The notes: generated from the letters alone by a model not told the origin. Positions 1 to 9,958 are shown, numbered from the stretch's first letter. The stretch: 64,000 nt of DNA from Candidatus Falkowbacteria bacterium (GCA_037137775.1 JBAXJQ010000003.1:920-64919); one strand, 5' to 3'. A program made the numbers and translations.

Positions 1-1
1 G

Positions 2-391
2 ACGGTGTCAATCAATGAAACCAGGTCGCAATTTATTAAAATGGTTATTTACAATCAAGATAACCCAGCAATAAATATACTTGGCGCTAGCGCATTGTTT
101 CAAAAGCAATCGCTTTATTTTCAGGCAGAATTTGGTAAGACTTACGCACTTTATTATGGCAATCAACTTGCCCGGCAACCTAATTATGATCTGAGTACAT
201 ATTTGCAGTATCTTGAGCCAAACAAGGCGATGTCAGCCGCTTTGGCCGCAGAAGCGACCAACGTGCAGTATCAACCACCAAAGCCGCCCGTTAAGCCCTT
301 AACTGAACGTCAGCCATTACTTTTGCCAGGGGCGATGATACTTTGCGCTGGCTTACTGCTCTTTATGGTCTATCGATTTTTAAAGAAATAG
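2..391 (+). CDS. hypothetical protein, 5'-truncated by the window edge, with a C-terminal membrane anchor
   Basis: The frame is open from the window start. A Pro-rich linker (PPKPPVKP) precedes a hydrophobic C-terminal helix (LLLPGAMILCAGLLLFMVY) and a basic tail. No family recognised. Confidence 0.45.
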   Translation, partial: TVSINETRSQFIKMVIYNQDNPAINILGASALFQKQSLYFQAEFGKTYALYYGNQLARQPNYDLSTYLQYLEPNKAMSAALAAEATNVQYQPPKPPVKPLTERQPLLLPGAMILCAGLLLFMVYRFLKK

Positions 392-404
392 TATTTTAAT
401 TATC

Positions 405-439
405 AAAAAAACACCAATTTATTTAATTGGTGTTTTTTG
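405..439. terminator. bidirectional Rho-independent terminator between convergent genes
   Basis: Perfect stem acaccaatt/aattggtgt (411-419 / 425-433), flanked by an A-run on the 5' side and a T-run on the 3' side. Confidence 0.6.
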
Positions 440-448
440 TAGCTAGGG

Positions 449-3076
449 TTATTTTATAGCTAAAGTGACTTCGTTTTTTTGTCCGATATCGATAACCACT
501 TCTTGCCCTGCTTTAATCTTGCCTTCGATTATTTCCATTGCCAATTCATCTAAAATTTTGGTCTGGATTATGCGTTTTAGCGGACGAGCACCAAAAGTGG
601 GATCATAACCTTTTTCTGAAAGCATCTTTTTAACCTTGGCGCCAACCTTAATGGTTATTTCTTTGTTCTTTAATCGATCAGTAACTTTGTGAATTTCTAG
701 GTCGACAATCTTGGCTAATGCTTCTTTGGACAGGCTACGGAAGATTAGGATTTCGTCGATTCGATTTAAAAATTCCAGTTTGAAGTGATCACGCAATATC
801 TTGTCAATTTTTTCTTTCATTTCCTCGGCGCGCCAATCTTCTTCAGTCTTTTTGGCATCATAATCAGAAAATCCGAGAGTGTGTTCACGAATTATTTCAT
901 TACCCAGGTTAGAAGTCATGATTATAATCGTATTTTTAAAGTTAACAGTTCTGCCTTTAGAGTCGGTAAGTTGTCCGTCGTCAAGGATTTGGAGCAGGAT
1001 ATTAAAGACCTCTGGATGGGCTTTTTCAATTTCGTCGAACAATACAACGCTATACGGTCGTCGCCTGATCCGCTCAGTTAATTGTCCACCCTCTTCGTGG
1101 CCAACATAGCCGGGAGGGGAACCAATAAACTTAGCAACACTATGCTTTTCCATGAATTCGCTCATATCAATTCGGATCATGGCCTGCCGGTCATTAAACA
1201 TAAACTCAGCCAACGCCTTAGCCAGCTCGGTTTTGCCAACACCGGTTGGGCCGACGAATAAGAACGAACCAATTGGTTTGCGTTCTTCACTAATCCCAGC
1301 ACGGGAACGACGTAGAGCATTAGAAAGTTTTTTAATAGCTTCATCTTGGCCAATGACATGTTTACCAAGCTCTTGCTCAGCTTTCGCTAATTTATGAATC
1401 TCACTTTCAAGCATTTTGGTAACTGGCACGCCTGTCCAACGAGAAACTACCTTGGCAATATCTTCTTCGTCAATTTCTTCTTTTAAAATTCGTTGTCCAC
1501 TTTGTTGAATTTTTATCAAGGCGTCTTCTTGCTTTTTTATCTCTCGCTCAAGGCCAGGAATTTTACTATAGCGAATCTCTGCGACTTGGGTTAGATCGTC
1601 GCCGCGACGTTCGATGATTTCAGCTTGCGCCTTAAGTTCATCGATTTTCTTTTTTGATTCACGAATTTTGCTGATTGCTTCTTTCTCATTATGCCAATGC
1701 AATTCAAGCTGGCGTGCCTTTTCATTAAGTTGTGCTAGCTCTTTGTTGATTGTTCTTATTTTGGCAGCAGATTTTTTATCTTTAACAATGCCAGCCTTGG
1801 CAATTTCTAGACGCTTAACTTCACGTCGCAAATCGTCTAACTCCTGAGGGCAAGAATCAATTTCTAGACGTAAAGAAGAGCCAGCTTCATCCATAAGGTC
1901 TACAGCCTTATCTGGTAGAAATCGATCGCTAATGTAGCGACTGGACAAGGTTACAGCCGCGATAATTGCGTCATCCGTAATGCGGACACCGTGGTGGATT
2001 TCGTATTTTTCTTTGATGCCACGTAAAATTGCAATGGCATCTTCTTGGCTAGGTTCGGTTACAAATATCGGCTGAAAGCGACGTTCAAGGGCGGCGTCTT
2101 TTTCAATATAGCGTTGATATTCTTTTGTAGTGGTTGCGCCAACGGCGTGTAGTTCACCTCGAGCCAGGGCAGGCTTTAACATGTTTGAGGCGTCCATGGC
2201 GCCTTCTGACGCACCTGCGCCAACTAAAGTATGCAGCTCGTCAATAAAAAGAATAATTTTACCTTCTTGGCTTTTCACTTCACGTAAGACAGCTTTAAGT
2301 CGATCTTCAAATTCACCTCGGAATTTAGCACCGGCAATTAATGAAGCTAGGTCGAGTGAAACCAATTCCTTGCCTTTGAGACTTTCTGGTACGTCGCCAG
2401 CCACGATACGCTGAGCCAGTCCTTCAACAATTGCAGTTTTGCCAGTACCAGCTTCGCCGATTAACACGGGATTATTTTTAGTGCGGCGAGAAAGCACTTG
2501 CATAATACGACGAATTTCTTCATCACGACCAATAACCGGGTCAAGCTTTTCTGCTCGAGCCATTGCGGTCAGATTGACGGTATATTTTTCTAAGGTTTTA
2601 TGTTTAGTTTCTGGATCTGGATCGGTGATACGCTCTGTGCCACGCAACTCAGCTAAGATTTTAATCACAGAATCATATTCCACCCCGAGTGATAGTAATA
2701 GGTTTTGTGCGCGAGATTTTACACCCAACAAGCCAATGAGAATATGCTCGGTGGAAATAAATTCATCGCCAAGTCGTTCTGCTTCATTTTTAGCATAATC
2801 AAAAACCATGGCTACTTCCGGTGTGCCCTGTACGGTGCCAACTTGGGCATTAACCTCTGATTTCGGTAGTTTATCCAATTCAGCATCAAGACGCTTGGTC
2901 ATGGTCTTGGGGCTGATTTTTAATTTTTCTAAAATTGGACGAACTAGGCTTTCATTTTGTTCTAAAAGGGAAGCGAGCAGATGCAAGGCCTCAATTTGGG
3001 CTTGACCATTTTCTTGGGCAATAATCTGAGCATTAATGATTGCTTCTTGCGATTTATGGGTAAATTTATCGAACAT
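449..3076 (-). CDS. clpB: ATP-dependent chaperone ClpB (class I AAA+ disaggregase)
   Basis: 875 aa. Clp N-domain, two Walker A motifs ([16 protein letters not shown]) and a long coiled-coil middle domain between the two nucleotide-binding domains (NBD1, NBD2). Confidence 0.95.
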   Translation of the reverse strand: MFDKFTHKSQEAIINAQIIAQENGQAQIEALHLLASLLEQNESLVRPILEKLKISPKTMTKRLDAELDKLPKSEVNAQVGTVQGTPEVAMVFDYAKNEAERLGDEFISTEHILIGLLGVKSRAQNLLLSLGVEYDSVIKILAELRGTERITDPDPETKHKTLEKYTVNLTAMARAEKLDPVIGRDEEIRRIMQVLSRRTKNNPVLIGEAGTGKTAIVEGLAQRIVAGDVPESLKGKELVSLDLASLIAGAKFRGEFEDRLKAVLREVKSQEGKIILFIDELHTLVGAGASEGAMDASNMLKPALARGELHAVGATTTKEYQRYIEKDAALERRFQPIFVTEPSQEDAIAILRGIKEKYEIHHGVRITDDAIIAAVTLSSRYISDRFLPDKAVDLMDEAGSSLRLEIDSCPQELDDLRREVKRLEIAKAGIVKDKKSAAKIRTINKELAQLNEKARQLELHWHNEKEAISKIRESKKKIDELKAQAEIIERRGDDLTQVAEIRYSKIPGLEREIKKQEDALIKIQQSGQRILKEEIDEEDIAKVVSRWTGVPVTKMLESEIHKLAKAEQELGKHVIGQDEAIKKLSNALRRSRAGISEERKPIGSFLFVGPTGVGKTELAKALAEFMFNDRQAMIRIDMSEFMEKHSVAKFIGSPPGYVGHEEGGQLTERIRRRPYSVVLFDEIEKAHPEVFNILLQILDDGQLTDSKGRTVNFKNTIIIMTSNLGNEIIREHTLGFSDYDAKKTEEDWRAEEMKEKIDKILRDHFKLEFLNRIDEILIFRSLSKEALAKIVDLEIHKVTDRLKNKEITIKVGAKVKKMLSEKGYDPTFGARPLKRIIQTKILDELAMEIIEGKIKAGQEVVIDIGQKNEVTLAIK

Positions 3077-3103
3077 AAGGTATTTTATTAGTTGTATTAA
3101 TAA

Positions 3104-3130
3104 TTAGCACTCGTAACTATTGACTGCTAA
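3104..3130. promoter_or_regulatory. CIRCE-like HrcA operator upstream of clpB
   Basis: TTAGCACTC-N9-GACTGCTAA against the CIRCE consensus TTAGCACTC-N9-GAGTGCTAA (one mismatch). It lies immediately downstream of the predicted clpB -10 box. Confidence 0.7.
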
Positions 3131-3134
3131 TTTT

Positions 3135-3163
3135 ACTATAGCTAATTTACTAAATGGTGTCAA
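3135..3163 (-). promoter_or_regulatory. sigma70-type promoter of clpB
   Basis: The minus strand reads TTGACA (3163-3158), a 17-nt spacer, then TATAGT (3140-3135). Confidence 0.55.
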
Positions 3164-3164
3164 G

Positions 3165-3224
3165 AAAAAAACATGCGCACCAGGTTTGTATATTACTATT
3201 AATATATACAAATCGAGTGCGCAT
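3165..3224 (-). terminator. Rho-independent terminator after the FabZ-like gene
   Basis: Long hairpin with outer arms atgcgcac/gtgcgcat and inner arms tttgtatat/atatacaaa, followed on the minus strand by a T-run. Confidence 0.6.
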
Positions 3225-3246
3225 TTATTACGTTTTGTGGCGTGGA

Positions 3247-3738
3247 TTAACACTTGAGACCACCTAATCCCTCGATAGTAGCAACTACAATCGGTTTTTC
3301 AGGGCAGTGAATGGTAATTTCAACATCACAGCGGAAGGCACGGCGTTCATTTTTGGGATTAAAACACTTGATAAGCAGGGTTTGACCAGGATATGCTTTT
3401 TGCCGAAACCGAATTTTTTCGTACATGTTGATTTCTGGTCGTTTTTCCATAACCCCATCATTCAAAATGAAGTACAGACAAGCAGCAGTTTGATTGGCCA
3501 TTTCCAGCATGTCAGTACCACGGCAAATGGGAGTGGTGGGAAAATGACCTTGAAAATGGGTTTGTTCTTCCCGCAGGTACCTGACGGTAGTCAGGCTTTG
3601 AGTTGGCGTTTCGCCCACCACGCTAATAATGCCGTCAATCCAAACAGCATCATGACCATGAGGTAATATCCGTTGCAGGATATTTGCCTTGTTGAGGGTA
3701 ATTGATCGCCAGGTGTAAAAATAAAAAGGCAATTCCAT
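3247..3738 (-). CDS. FabZ/FabA-like hotdog-fold dehydratase
   Basis: ILPHGHDAVWIDGI and HFQGHFPTTPICRGTDMLEMANQTAA match FabZ motifs (ILPHRYPFLLVD; HFPGxPxMPGVLxxEAxAQ). Strong SD (AAGGAGGTG) upstream of the ATG. Confidence 0.7.
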   Translation of the reverse strand: MELPFYFYTWRSITLNKANILQRILPHGHDAVWIDGIISVVGETPTQSLTTVRYLREEQTHFQGHFPTTPICRGTDMLEMANQTAACLYFILNDGVMEKRPEINMYEKIRFRQKAYPGQTLLIKCFNPKNERRAFRCDVEITIHCPEKPIVVATIEGLGGLKC

Positions 3739-3846
3739 GGTGCACCTCCTTGGGTGATGCGGCTAAAGCCGGCAAGGGTGGATTAAAAAAGTTCAAAAAC
3801 TATTTTTTTTATATTAAACAATACAAAACAAAAAAACAAGACAGTA

Positions 3847-5031
3847 TTAAGATCTGAATTGGGAAATGAAATCGATCGCTTGACTAACAATAATTGGATC
3901 GGTGGCAAATGAAAGTCTAATATATCCTTCGCTAGATTGGCCAAAGCTTGAACCAGGCACAGCCGCCACGCCAGTTCTATTTAATAAATCTAAACAAAAT
4001 GCAAGATCGGTTTCTTCTGCCTGTTTTTTGGTAGTGATATTTAGCATGAGATAAAATGCACCATCCGGTTTGATATAACTAAGCTCCGATCCATTGGCTA
4101 TAAGGTTGTCTAGTTGTGTAATGATTGCGCTTCTTCGTTCTAAAAAAGCTAACCGCATTTTCTCAACCCCATCTTGTAAGCCGGAAAGTGCAGCCACGGC
4201 AGCGGCTTGACTAATCGAGCTTGGGTTAGAGGCGCTATGACTTTGGAACTCTTCCATCTTGCTAATAATTTCAACTGGTCCGAGGGCATAACCCAAGCGC
4301 CAGCCGGTCATGGCATACGTTTTGGAAACTGCGTTTACAATAATAAGTTTATCACTCAAGTCAGTTGCAGCATTCAATAGGTGTGTTGGTTTATGTTGTG
4401 AAAAATAAATTGATTCATAGACATCATCGCTGATAATGATAATCTCGTGTTTGCGTGCTAAATCGGCAATGGCTTCGATATTTTCTTTTGTTAAAATTTG
4501 TCCGGTCGGATTAGATGGAGAGTTAAGTAAAATTGCTTTAGTTTTCGGCGTAATTGCTTGTGATAGTAGATCAATATCAAATGAAAAATTATTTTTAGGG
4601 CTAAGATTTACTTCAATCAATTTGCCGCCCGCAAGTTCAACTTGGGTTTTGTAGGACACCCAATACGGGCTAAAAACAATTACCTCATCATCCGCATCTA
4701 ATAAAACCTGAAACAAATTATATAAAATTTGTTTACCCCCATTAGCGCAGGTGATTGAATTTAATTGATAGGTAAAATTAAATTCAATTATATATTTTTG
4801 TTGGATGGCGGTTTTTAATTCTTGGGTGCCTCCAGCGGCGGTATATTTCGACTGATTAGTAGTTATGGCCTCAATTGCTTTGGCTTTAACGAGGTCTGGG
4901 GTGTTAAAATCTGGTTCGCCTACGCTCAAATTAAATATTGCCCTGCCTGATTTAGCCAGCTCTTTAGCTAGGTTATTAATTGCCATGGTAGGCGATGGTT
5001 CAAGCAAATGACACCGTTGTGATAATTTCAT
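3847..5031 (-). CDS. class I PLP-dependent aminotransferase (aspartate aminotransferase-like)
   Basis: 394 aa. SKTYAMTGWRLGYA motif containing the PLP-binding lysine, NPSNPTG motif, typical length. Confidence 0.9.
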   Translation of the reverse strand: MKLSQRCHLLEPSPTMAINNLAKELAKSGRAIFNLSVGEPDFNTPDLVKAKAIEAITTNQSKYTAAGGTQELKTAIQQKYIIEFNFTYQLNSITCANGGKQILYNLFQVLLDADDEVIVFSPYWVSYKTQVELAGGKLIEVNLSPKNNFSFDIDLLSQAITPKTKAILLNSPSNPTGQILTKENIEAIADLARKHEIIIISDDVYESIYFSQHKPTHLLNAATDLSDKLIIVNAVSKTYAMTGWRLGYALGPVEIISKMEEFQSHSASNPSSISQAAAVAALSGLQDGVEKMRLAFLERRSAIITQLDNLIANGSELSYIKPDGAFYLMLNITTKKQAEETDLAFCLDLLNRTGVAAVPGSSFGQSSEGYIRLSFATDPIIVSQAIDFISQFRS

Positions 5032-5035
5032 ACTA

Positions 5036-6559
5036 TTATCCTATGCTTTTTCGTAGTTTAGCTGCCTCGACCACGTCTGCATCAAAAGGTAGACCCGCAT
5101 TTTTTTTAAGTAAAATATTGGAGGTTAGGTTGCGATGTAAAAGTTCGTTAACGTTTTTTGGTTGTAAATCCAAGTCAAGAACTTTTTCTACCAACTCAAT
5201 ATCTTTCAATACTTCTTTTAGAGCAGGGTAGTCATGGCTTAAGGCTTTGATATTTTCAATATTAATCATCCGTCCAGCCTTGACAAGCCAATTGCGCATC
5301 GCCGGAAAAGCTTTGTCTAGTAATGGAAGTGATCCGGCTTTTTCAATCTCAGCCAAGGCGCGACCCGTACCAATAAACTCTGGTGGCAGACCCATGGTAT
5401 ACAGTGCGCCAGTGAAACCGATGGCACGGGGCAGTTGAGCTTGGCCAACGCCACGGCTGTAACCGAAGAGACCGATATGCTGAACCCGCGCACGACGTTT
5501 GGGGATGAATGCATTAAATTCGTTAATTAATGGAGCAATTTGCTCAATGGTCTGGCAATAATGATTTTTAAAGTTTTCGGAAAGTTTGATTAAGCCGGTA
5601 ACTTCATCGTCGGTGAAGTCGGCAGCAGTTTGTTTTGGCAACAGCTCTTGGATTTTGGCAACAGCTTGCTGAACTACCTCAAGTGGATAATCGTAGCGGA
5701 AGGCTGATTGGATAGTTAGGGTCTTTGCGCCGGCATACAAATCTAAGATTTCATCAATATTTTCAGGTGTTAAGCCACCACGAAACGGCAGGGAACCGCA
5801 GCCGATAATCGGTGAGATGGCAATGCCAGTTTTTTGTTCCAGGCGAGCAAAATTGCGCAAAGCGATTTTGCAGGCTAGGGCGGCTGGAATAAAGCCAGCA
5901 TTCAAGGCTGGATCAGAGCGGGCAATGAACGTTCGGAGATGGTCGGGTGTGAATTTAAAGACCGCTTTAAATTTTTCCAAATATTCTTCGAGCAAGTCAT
6001 TACTATAAACTAAATCATCAAAGCTCTCAAAAATTGGTACGATATGAACGAAGCCTTCGCCTAGTTCACTATCGCCAAAGACACTTTGTTTGAAGTTGGA
6101 GGTTTTTTGAAAGGTATCTTGAATATAAATTAATTGATCAGCTTGCTTTGTCATTGGCAATATTACCTCAAAGACTGGTGGGGCTTGCAGTTCGAGCGAC
6201 TTGGTGAATTCTGCAGCCGAGAGTATACTCATATAGGCACGTGAAAGTTTGAACGATTTTTCTTCCCAGATATTTGGAATGCGCAGGGTAATATAGACAT
6301 CACGACCAATTTGCTTCTTGGAAAAGAAATCGTAATATTTACTGACTAATTTTTCAATCATAGCTTCGTCGGCAAATTTACCTTCCCAGTCCCACATATA
6401 TTCATCGTTGCCAAGTACAGAGAGATTGTGAAAAAGCTCGTCGACCTCATCTTGGTCGCCAATAAATGGGGTAGTGTGCCAAAATGGCGTTCCAGCATTG
6501 TCCGGGTGTTGGGTGGCCATGACGGCAGGTATCCTGCGATTGGTTAGTGGTGTAAACAT
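5036..6559 (-). CDS. ppcA: archaeal-type phosphoenolpyruvate carboxylase (PepcA family)
   Basis: 507 aa. N-terminal MATQHPDN motif, ARSDPALNAG...ISPIIGCGSLPFRGG...ENIDEIL...QSAFRYD block and C-terminal ...LRKSIG, as I recall them from atPEPC sequences. Far shorter than the roughly 900-aa bacterial Ppc. Confidence 0.9.
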   Translation of the reverse strand: MFTPLTNRRIPAVMATQHPDNAGTPFWHTTPFIGDQDEVDELFHNLSVLGNDEYMWDWEGKFADEAMIEKLVSKYYDFFSKKQIGRDVYITLRIPNIWEEKSFKLSRAYMSILSAAEFTKSLELQAPPVFEVILPMTKQADQLIYIQDTFQKTSNFKQSVFGDSELGEGFVHIVPIFESFDDLVYSNDLLEEYLEKFKAVFKFTPDHLRTFIARSDPALNAGFIPAALACKIALRNFARLEQKTGIAISPIIGCGSLPFRGGLTPENIDEILDLYAGAKTLTIQSAFRYDYPLEVVQQAVAKIQELLPKQTAADFTDDEVTGLIKLSENFKNHYCQTIEQIAPLINEFNAFIPKRRARVQHIGLFGYSRGVGQAQLPRAIGFTGALYTMGLPPEFIGTGRALAEIEKAGSLPLLDKAFPAMRNWLVKAGRMINIENIKALSHDYPALKEVLKDIELVEKVLDLDLQPKNVNELLHRNLTSNILLKKNAGLPFDADVVEAAKLRKSIG

Positions 6560-6775
6560 TGTATAGACTAATATTAAATAAAATAAAAATAGCCCAAAGG
6601 CTTTTTTGCTATGATTAGCATACTAAAAATGATTGTTTTTGTCAAAAATAATTTACCCCAACTATTTAATTGCAAAAGGATAATTCTTTTGTTTCATCCT
6701 TGAAATTTGTCGATGTAAAATATGATTTTTGACTTTTAAAAGAGAGGTTAAAAGTGTTAGCGCTTACTTGATTTT

Positions 6776-7219
6776 TTAAACACCTAAATATTTTTGTATA
6801 TTATTAATATCACCATTTAAATCGAGTGGTTTAGTTAGTTCTACTTCCAATGCATATTTTTGTTGCCTATCTACAGGGTAAAGCAGAAAAATTTTTTTAT
6901 GCAAGAAAAAGGCAATTGCCAATTCCATTAAACTCGATGCCCCCATATATCCCTGAATTTCATTTTTGGGATAATTAACAAATAAGGTGGCGTCACATTT
7001 TTCAATTTTATCAAATCCCTCCCTGAGAAGATTACGATCAAGACAATGCCTTAACTCATCTTCAAAATTTCCCTCAAAAGAAGTTTTTAAGTTTGGGTTA
7101 GCTATGCAATCGTCGATGTCGCTTGGCAATACAACCTCATACTTCATTTGTTCTAAATCATCTTTTGCAAGATACATTTCTTTAGCAAAATGCATGCTGC
7201 CACATATCATTATTTTCAT
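6776..7219 (-). CDS. nucleoside 2-deoxyribosyltransferase-like / DNPH1-like small Rossmann protein (tentative)
   Basis: 147 aa. The N-terminal MKIMICGSMHF strand-loop is typical of this fold. Weak, motif-level call only. Confidence 0.35.
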   Translation of the reverse strand: MKIMICGSMHFAKEMYLAKDDLEQMKYEVVLPSDIDDCIANPNLKTSFEGNFEDELRHCLDRNLLREGFDKIEKCDATLFVNYPKNEIQGYMGASSLMELAIAFFLHKKIFLLYPVDRQQKYALEVELTKPLDLNGDINNIQKYLGV

Positions 7220-7326
7220 AAAATATATTAGGGACTTAAAAAATTCGTACTACGTATCGCGATATTCGACGTTTCAAGAAGCTTAGCGAATTGAAATGTG
7301 GTTTTATCCCTTGCTGATATCGAGTG

Positions 7327-8010
7327 TTATATTTTGTTTGTTTTTAATATTGGTTTTTCGATATTGTTGTTGTCTATTATAACATCAGCAACATCATGGG
7401 GCTTAGCTTCTTCATAATACATAATTTGTCCAGGTATATATCGGTTGTCATAACGTTTAGTAATCTCCTCTTCTGATCCAATTCTGTGTTTGCCAACAGG
7501 GCGATTAATGGCACGTTTTTTTGATTCTTCTAAATCAATTTCAATAAATATTTTGTAATCAAAATATTTAACTAGTTCAGGTCTGAATAAAAAAATGCCT
7601 TCAATTAATATAATTGAATCCTTTGTCGCAATTTCTGTTGGTAAATTTAATTCTGTATCATTGTCTACGCTAAAGTGGGCGGGTTTGTATTCCAACTTGC
7701 CTTCGCTCAGCGGTTTGAGCAATTCATTGATAATAATCTCGTTGTTATATGAGTCTTTGTAAAAACCCTCTGGCGAATTAGCACCCTTGGCATATCTTGT
7801 GCTTCTTGGGTTGTTGAACCCATCGATAGTTACTTTGATGACATTTCGGCCTGATTCTTTGAGTTTGCTCTCTAACTCGGCTGCCATCGTTGTTTTGCCC
7901 GCAGTAGACGCTCCGTCAATTCCAACTAACACAGCTGAGCTTTTGCTAATGGCGAGAATTCGCTGTGACAAGGAATCTATTAGCTCGATTCTGTTTAATT
8001 CTACATTCAT
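7327..8010 (-). CDS. uridine kinase / PRK-family P-loop nucleoside kinase
   Basis: Walker A GIDGASTAGKTT, an IEGIFLF block and a length of about 220 aa. Confidence 0.65.
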   Translation of the reverse strand: MNVELNRIELIDSLSQRILAISKSSAVLVGIDGASTAGKTTMAAELESKLKESGRNVIKVTIDGFNNPRSTRYAKGANSPEGFYKDSYNNEIIINELLKPLSEGKLEYKPAHFSVDNDTELNLPTEIATKDSIILIEGIFLFRPELVKYFDYKIFIEIDLEESKKRAINRPVGKHRIGSEEEITKRYDNRYIPGQIMYYEEAKPHDVADVIIDNNNIEKPILKTNKI

Positions 8011-8020
8011 AAATATTTTG

Positions 8021-8830
8021 CTATATTTTTATTGGCATTTCCGGCACAGCATCTTCGTCGCAGAATACGGTTACGTTAGGATGCAACCAAAGAATTGAGG
8101 CTGGAAATTGAGCTGAAATTTTTTGTGATAAAAAAATCTTAAACGGCTCAACTTTATGAGCGCCATTCACAAGAAGAATAACTTTTTTTGAGCGCATTAT
8201 CTCGCCCATGCCAAGTGTGAGACCATATTTGATTTCATGCTCAGCTTCTTGAGCCATGGTGTGTTTTTTGGTAGTATCTGTCAGCTCGGCAATGTGCGGT
8301 TTTAATTTTAATGAGTCGGTTGGTTCATTAAATCCAAGATGACCGTTAACGCCCATACCCAAAATACATACATCAATATCACCTTCTTTTTCGAGTGCTT
8401 TTGTAACTCGTTCAACTTCTTTGGCTGGGTCTTGTGGGTCACTATCCCAAGAAGTAAATCTTTTAGTTGGAATATTCATTGGTCCCGTTAAGTGCTCCAT
8501 AATGTATTCCAAGCAAGTACATGGGTCATTGTTTGGTACGCCGCCCCATTCATCAAGTCCGATCATGCGGACTTTGTTAAAAATCTTTGGTTCTTTTTTG
8601 GATTTTTCTGCTAATAAATCATATGCCCTTGTCGGAGTAGAACCAGTGGCAAGACTGATCAATAGTTTTGGATTTAGCTTGATTTCTTTAAAAATTTTTT
8701 TAGTTGCAAGCTGGCTCATTTTTTCATAGTCCGAAGCAACTATTAATTCTAAACTTAAATTTCTAACCGTTTTTGTCGTATTAGCCATTTTCTTGTCATG
8801 TTTCTTTGTGGATAGATTTATTGCACTCAT
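8021..8830 (-). CDS. nagB: glucosamine-6-phosphate deaminase/isomerase family protein (NagB/6-phosphogluconolactonase fold)
   Basis: LATGSTP, GLDEW and ILGMGVNGHLGFNEP motifs parallel the NagB motifs GLPTGGTP, NMDEY and GGVGNDGHIAFNEP. The start may be the internal Met (MANTTK). Confidence 0.75.
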   Translation of the reverse strand: MSAINLSTKKHDKKMANTTKTVRNLSLELIVASDYEKMSQLATKKIFKEIKLNPKLLISLATGSTPTRAYDLLAEKSKKEPKIFNKVRMIGLDEWGGVPNNDPCTCLEYIMEHLTGPMNIPTKRFTSWDSDPQDPAKEVERVTKALEKEGDIDVCILGMGVNGHLGFNEPTDSLKLKPHIAELTDTTKKHTMAQEAEHEIKYGLTLGMGEIMRSKKVILLVNGAHKVEPFKIFLSQKISAQFPASILWLHPNVTVFCDEDAVPEMPIKI

Positions 8831-9032
8831 TTTTTTGTTATAAAAATTAAATAATGATTATTCCGTATCCCTTTATATTCAGCTTTAAATCAATTTTGAC
8901 TAACGTAACGCCAATATCTGAAGATTTTGTCCCGTTTCACAAGACTAAACTTTTCATTTTAGGTTAAATTTATTTTAAGACGCTCCACCTAAATCTTCAT
9001 AAATATTAAGGGATAAAAAATAAGACAGAAGG

Positions 9033-9070
9033 AAATTGACACTCATTAATGCATGCATTAGCGTCAATTT
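9033..9070 (-). terminator. imperfect long inverted repeat (possible terminator or operator) downstream of the 174-aa membrane protein gene
   Basis: Outer arms aaattgac/gtcaattt enclose a perfect 14-bp palindrome, taatgcatgcatta. T-rich tract after it on the minus strand. Confidence 0.35.
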
Positions 9071-9145
9071 TCTGTAATAGATGTGGGCTGTTGTGATATG
9101 CCCAGAAATTTCTTTTTTCTTATTGTTTTTGGGGAATTTACTATA

Positions 9146-9670
9146 TTATTTTGTTACAGTAGTATTTCTCTCAACTTGTGCATCTTCAGCTCTCTTTTGT
9201 GCTGCAGCCGCTGCGTCCTTAGCTCTTTTTCTGGATTCTGTAATTGAAGTTGAAGGGTTTAATGATCCTTCTTTTTGGCCAGCAACAGGATAAGGTTTTG
9301 GTTTATCTTTTGTAGTGTCGGATTTATATTGACTCCAGTTATAATTTTTATTTAGATAAAATTCTGCAAGCGGTTTGTATATTTGATAAATTTGCCATGA
9401 CAAATAGCAAATTGCAATAGTCAATATTGCAGAAGATAGAGCAATTTTTTTGTTAGCAAGGTCAGAGTTTCCACTTGGCAATGATTTTTCTTTTGCAGAC
9501 TCCTTTATTTTAAGTACGCTGCCAACAATCATAAGCATGACTCCAATCAACAACACTGGCACTAAAATTATATATAGGCCGCTTAAAGCGTACGCTAGAG
9601 AAAAAAAATAACTAAATAATACTACAGGCAGAGCTAGGCATAAACCTATTATTTGTTTTTTGTTTAACAT
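9146..9670 (-). CDS. hypothetical membrane protein (3 predicted TM helices, basic C-terminal tail)
   Basis: Hydrophobic segments in the translation. No recognisable family. Confidence 0.5.
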   Translation of the reverse strand: MLNKKQIIGLCLALPVVLFSYFFSLAYALSGLYIILVPVLLIGVMLMIVGSVLKIKESAKEKSLPSGNSDLANKKIALSSAILTIAICYLSWQIYQIYKPLAEFYLNKNYNWSQYKSDTTKDKPKPYPVAGQKEGSLNPSTSITESRKRAKDAAAAAQKRAEDAQVERNTTVTK

Positions 9671-9919
9671 AATGTTTTAAAATTATTTTATTATAATATT
9701 TTTTTGATATTGAGATATTCGACTCGTGCATTTTGCCAAAAAAATTATAAAGTGTATTAAGGAAATTTCTGGGTATTTCGCACAACTCGTTGATTTACGA
9801 AATGTATTCGTATATCATACGGATTTTGTATGTTATACAAAGTCTTGCAAGTTAATTTATAACTTTAGTATACCAAATGGTTGTTAAAATACAACGTTTA
9901 AAGCGAATATTGGGTAAAC

Positions 9920-9958
9920 TTGACAGTATCATTAAATATGATATGTTGTATATACAAC
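9920..9958 (+). promoter_or_regulatory. putative promoter plus palindromic operator of the Rrf2/Fe-S operon
   Basis: TTGACA at 9920-9925. A perfect 14-bp palindrome, GTTGTATATACAAC, at 9945-9958 overlaps the -10/TSS region, 17 nt upstream of the Rrf2 ATG. Confidence 0.45.

Noticed and set aside
785-3005. Series of 60-120-aa plus-strand ORFs (785-1081, 879-1109, 1152-1397, 1614-1847, 2130-2414, 2439-2798, 2808-3005) plus the same-strand out-of-frame ORF 1177-1368, all inside clpB
   Set aside because: All are nested within a high-confidence 875-aa clpB gene, either antisense to it or out of frame. Their translations are low-complexity (Ser/Arg/Leu-rich) with no motifs. These are typical shadow ORFs.
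6560-6775. Possible ncRNA in the 216-bp spacer upstream of the PEPC gene
   Set aside because: The spacer is AT-rich. It has only a plausible promoter (TTGACA, 17-nt spacer, TATGCT) and a weak 4-bp hairpin, with no GC-rich structured core.
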